Source: Ostreococcus lucimarinus
Taxonomy: Eukaryota
Length of the DNA: 64,000 bases
Assembly (NCBI GenBank): GCA_000092065.1
Contig: CP000593.1
Strand: one strand, 5' to 3'
The notes under the pieces: generated by a model
The model's input: the letters and a program-made list of their open reading frames with translations, nothing else
The model's database searches: none
Told to the model about the DNA's origin: nothing
Part shown: positions 61,198 to 64,000 of the stretch, piece after piece
Numbering within the stretch: position 1 is the first letter of the stretch
How the letters are laid out: every line of letters starts with the position of its first letter
Translations under genes and position numbers: made by a program

Positions 61198-62565
61198 CTA
61201 GCAAGAGACGAGCGGGGCGCTCCAGTGCTCGTCGTACTTGGCCTTGGCGAATTCGTAGACGCTGATGTCGTGCTCGACGAGCGCGCGCAATCCCGCGACG
61301 ATGGTGGGGTCGGCTTTGTACGCGTCGAGACGCGCGGCGAGCGCGGGGGCGAGCTTTTCGGCGCTGCCGTTGTGATGCTCGAGAAGAGCGCCGCTGATGT
61401 ACTGCTTGTTCCCGCCGTCGTCGCCGAGATGCGCGAGGTCCGGTAGCTTTTCTCGAATGCGCTTCATACCGTTTTCGATGTCGTCTTGGAAAATGTAGCG
61501 CACGCACGACGAGGCCAAATTCGCCTTGGCGGCTTCGGCGCCGCAGGGCGTGTGACCGCCGCGCGCGCCGAGTAAGCCCGTGAGCTGCGCCGCCGTGCTG
61601 CGCTTCTGGTTGTACCACTCCAAGGGATTCAATGGGCATCCCTGGTGATTGTCCGCTGCGATCTCTTCCGCAGTCCACGACAAGTGGCCCTCGTTCGCCT
61701 CGAGACACAAATACGTGTACTCGCTCCACAGGCGAGACATCGGCTCGCGAAGGACCGTGATGTACGCGCACGGCGCGTCGACCGTTCCGCACATCCCGAT
61801 GCCCGTCGCACCGGTGAAGTACATCCGTCTGCCTTCGTCGTAGTCGGCGTGCATAAATTCCTTTGAAAACGTACCCGATTTCGACTCGCGGTTTTGTTTA
61901 AACGTCCTCAACATCGTCGGAACGTGCCGCGCCTGCAACGAATTCAACGGCCTCCACGGATTCACGAGAAAGTCCGGGTGCGCGGGCTCGTGAAGCACGA
62001 CCGTCTCGTGGTTCTTATTCTGCTTCAACATCTCGATGAAAACCGACCCCGCGGCTTTGGGAATGTGCACGAAGATCCACGCGTACGCCGAACCCGGCTT
62101 CGTCGCGAACGGTTTCGCCACCCCATCCTGCGGCACCACGACCGGCGCGCCCGTCGGTTCGTTCATGCACTCGTACACCTTCGTCTCGAACTCGACGTTA
62201 TCGCCCGCGTCCGCCGCGTCCCACAATCCGAGCTCATCCATGTATCGCGCCGCGCACGTGTTCGCCGCCGCGTTCGCCCCCGCGCCCGTCGGCGACAACG
62301 CGCACGTCCCTCCCGCCCCTTCGCCGAGCGCCGACGCCCGCGCGGCGTCCGCGGAGCGTCCCACGATCGCGCCCATCGCGAGCAGCGTGGTTCCCGCGAA
62401 GAACAGCGCGCTCGCGACGCGCATGTTGAACACGACGTGTCGCCCAACACCCTCGGCGCTCGAGCCCGCGACGGCGCGCGACGCGGCGCGCGAGGACGAG
62501 GACGCGCGACGCGACGCGCGCTCGACGTCATCGACGTCCGGTATCAGGGAATCGCGCTCGCTCAT
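61198..62565 (-). CDS. Type II membrane sulfotransferase-like protein (Golgi carbohydrate sulfotransferase fold)
   Basis: ATG at 62563-62565. Short cytosolic N-terminus, TM helix VVFNMRVASALFFAGTTLLAMGAIVG, then a 5'-PSB-like motif WIFVHIPKAAGSVFIEML. Confidence 0.5.
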   Translation of the reverse strand: MSERDSLIPDVDDVERASRRASSSSRAASRAVAGSSAEGVGRHVVFNMRVASALFFAGTTLLAMGAIVGRSADAARASALGEGAGGTCALSPTGAGANAAANTCAARYMDELGLWDAADAGDNVEFETKVYECMNEPTGAPVVVPQDGVAKPFATKPGSAYAWIFVHIPKAAGSVFIEMLKQNKNHETVVLHEPAHPDFLVNPWRPLNSLQARHVPTMLRTFKQNRESKSGTFSKEFMHADYDEGRRMYFTGATGIGMCGTVDAPCAYITVLREPMSRLWSEYTYLCLEANEGHLSWTAEEIAADNHQGCPLNPLEWYNQKRSTAAQLTGLLGARGGHTPCGAEAAKANLASSCVRYIFQDDIENGMKRIREKLPDLAHLGDDGGNKQYISGALLEHHNGSAEKLAPALAARLDAYKADPTIVAGLRALVEHDISVYEFAKAKYDEHWSAPLVSC

Positions 62566-62673
62566 GACGACGCGCGCGGACGAGTGGCGACGGTGGACGC
62601 GAACGCGATCGGTCGCCTCGGCGCGAGCGGCGGCGGCGAAGACGCGAAGACGCGAAGACGAAATGTTGTACGA

Positions 62674-64000
62674 TTACACGCGACCGGTGAACTTGTGGGT
62701 GTGCTTGTGCTCCTCGCGAAGGGCGGCGAAGACGACGCGGCGCGCGCCGCCCGCGCCGGCGCCGAGCGCGGCGTGAAGCTGCTGAAGCTCGCGGTCGCCG
62801 CTCGAGTCGAGCAGGGCGAAGAGACCGGGCTTGAGCGCGGATTCGGCGACGACGCCGATGCCGCCGCCGGTGATGGCGGTGATGGCGTCGGCGAGTAAGT
62901 GGGTGCAATAACGGTCCAGACCGCTGGCCTCGGCGGATTCGTACACGAAGGAGAGCTTACCGGCGCAGCTTTCCATGACGGCGGCGCTCGCGCCCGAGGC
63001 TTTAAATCGTCGCAACGCGGCGAGGAGATCTGAACACGCCACGGTGATACCCGATACCGCGCGACGCAGGTGATCTTTTCGAGACTTCAACAGCACGCCG
63101 ATGAGTTCGCACGCTTGGCAGAAAATCTTTGTCATCGCGTCGCCGTCGTCGAATACGGCGTCCGACGCGCACGCGACGCTCGGAAGCTGACACATGCGCG
63201 ACACGCATCTTGTGCTTATCTCGCATCGAGGACCGAGTCTGGCGAACTCGGTGGTGATTTCGAGGAGCTTATGTACCACGGCGTTGGCGTTCGGCACCCT
63301 AATGGCGACGGTCATCGCTCGCATGCACGCATCCATCACGGTCTCAACATTTTCCTGCGCCGCCGTGCGAATCGCCTTGCCCAAATGAAACGACTTGACG
63401 AGATTCATCAAGCACCACATGGGTGCCGCCAGGGAAACATCCAAGCGATCGGACGATAAATACGCCCTTCGCGATTCTGCGTCTGTCGTCTTGAATGCGT
63501 CGACGCACGCGTCGTACATCGCAGTCAAGGGACGTTTGCCTGCGCCGTAGACGAGCTCCGACATCGTCAAACTGAGCGATTCGTGCAAATCTGCCGCTGG
63601 CGTCGCGCTTTTCGCGCCGTCACGATCCACTAAAGCGCGCGTTCCGCGCGTGTACGTGAACATAAGGACAGCTACGAGCGAGGCGTGCGCCTCGGACGTG
63701 AGCTGTGGTCCTGTCTGCTTCAACGCGTCGCACGCCGCACCGATAAAGTTGACCAGTCGCGACGTCCCGCGTGAAGATAGTTCGTTAGACGTGTCCAACA
63801 AGACTTTAATCGCAACCGCGATCGCGTTTTGGACAAAATCTGCGTCGCACGTGCGATGGAACGCCTCGCTGTAATCCAGTGTCGTCGCCGACACCGCGAG
63901 AATGAACCCAGCGGCGGAGACGCACGAGGCGACGACTTCGACAGACTCTGCGACGGGCTTGAACTCACCGTTCTCAAGACCATTTTTCATGTCGAGAATC
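62674..64000 (-). CDS. Urb2/Npa2-like ribosome-biogenesis protein; only the 3' end of the CDS (C-terminal region) is in the window, and the 5' end lies beyond the window end
   Basis: Minus-strand ORF open to the window edge. The C-terminus ...GGARRVVFAALREEHKHTHKFTGRV* resembles the Urb2 C-terminal domain. The track start at 63990 is internal. Confidence 0.45.
   Translation of the reverse strand, partial: ILDMKNGLENGEFKPVAESVEVVASCVSAAGFILAVSATTLDYSEAFHRTCDADFVQNAIAVAIKVLLDTSNELSSRGTSRLVNFIGAACDALKQTGPQLTSEAHASLVAVLMFTYTRGTRALVDRDGAKSATPAADLHESLSLTMSELVYGAGKRPLTAMYDACVDAFKTTDAESRRAYLSSDRLDVSLAAPMWCLMNLVKSFHLGKAIRTAAQENVETVMDACMRAMTVAIRVPNANAVVHKLLEITTEFARLGPRCEISTRCVSRMCQLPSVACASDAVFDDGDAMTKIFCQACELIGVLLKSRKDHLRRAVSGITVACSDLLAALRRFKASGASAAVMESCAGKLSFVYESAEASGLDRYCTHLLADAITAITGGGIGVVAESALKPGLFALLDSSGDRELQQLHAALGAGAGGARRVVFAALREEHKHTHKFTGRV

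Noticed and set aside
60198-62898. Plus-strand arginine-rich ORFs 60198..61022 and 61894..62898
   Set aside because: Antisense to the 239-aa and sulfotransferase-like genes; compositional artefacts.
1-64000. Prokaryotic, operon or CRISPR interpretation of the window
   Set aside because: Proteins are typical eukaryotic housekeeping genes (adaptin, eIF3e, TAF2, Cdc20, HECT E3, Derlin) with spliceosomal introns, and no CRISPR-like repeat-spacer arrays or rRNA genes are present.

Overview
This 64-kb window is a GC-rich (about 65-70%), intron-poor eukaryotic nuclear region with about 35 protein-coding genes on both strands; most have single long ORFs. Four classical spliceosomal introns (eIF3e, Derlin, AP-2 alpha and one hypothetical gene) use GTGCG donors, and three of them share an ACTGAC branch motif and a CGCAG acceptor; a fifth, GTAAAA-type intron is weakly predicted in a small gene at 15027-15369. 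Gene content points, by inference, to a plastid-bearing green-lineage picoalga, possibly a Mamiellophyceae-type prasinophyte: a CYP97 carotenoid hydroxylase, a CID-like PABP-interacting RRM protein, bacterial-type aminopeptidase N and FKBP with transit-like N-termini, and Arabidopsis-type ZDRE motifs. Recognisable genes are: a Cdc20/Cdh1 APC/C co-activator (3'-partial); a 4xRRM RNA-binding protein; a TraB-domain protein fused to a LON N-terminal domain; a COG0523/CobW zinc metallochaperone divergently paired with a ZIP transporter; a JmjC protein; two mitochondrial carriers (one TPC-like); CYP97; PP2C; eIF3e; an Era GTPase; a frameshifted M1 aminopeptidase N; a DEAD-box helicase; a 3-hydroxyacyl-CoA dehydratase; an FKBP; an OSCA/CSC1-type channel; a KLHDC4-like kelch/IQ protein; Derlin; AP-2 alpha adaptin; a secreted IPT/TIG-repeat protein; a HUL5/UBE3C-type HECT E3 ligase; a TAF2-like protein; a Golgi-type sulfotransferase; and an Urb2-like C-terminal fragment (5'-partial). 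Non-genic features: two copies of a roughly 230-bp tRNA-Asn(GTT)-derived SINE-like element, one with the full tRNA-like head and one 5'-truncated; an AT-rich island carrying a GIY-YIG nuclease ORF and a MITE-like inverted repeat; several short tandem duplications; and a compound microsatellite. The most notable signal is a cluster of five perfect RTGTCGACAY palindromes (ZDRE-like) in the shared promoter of the zinc chaperone and the ZIP transporter. The supplied ORF track uses GTG/TTG/CTG as starts (shown as M), so many listed N-termini are not real ATG starts. Many long arginine-rich ORFs opposite real genes are GC-composition artefacts. No rRNA or CRISPR was seen; the only tRNA-like sequence is the SINE head.
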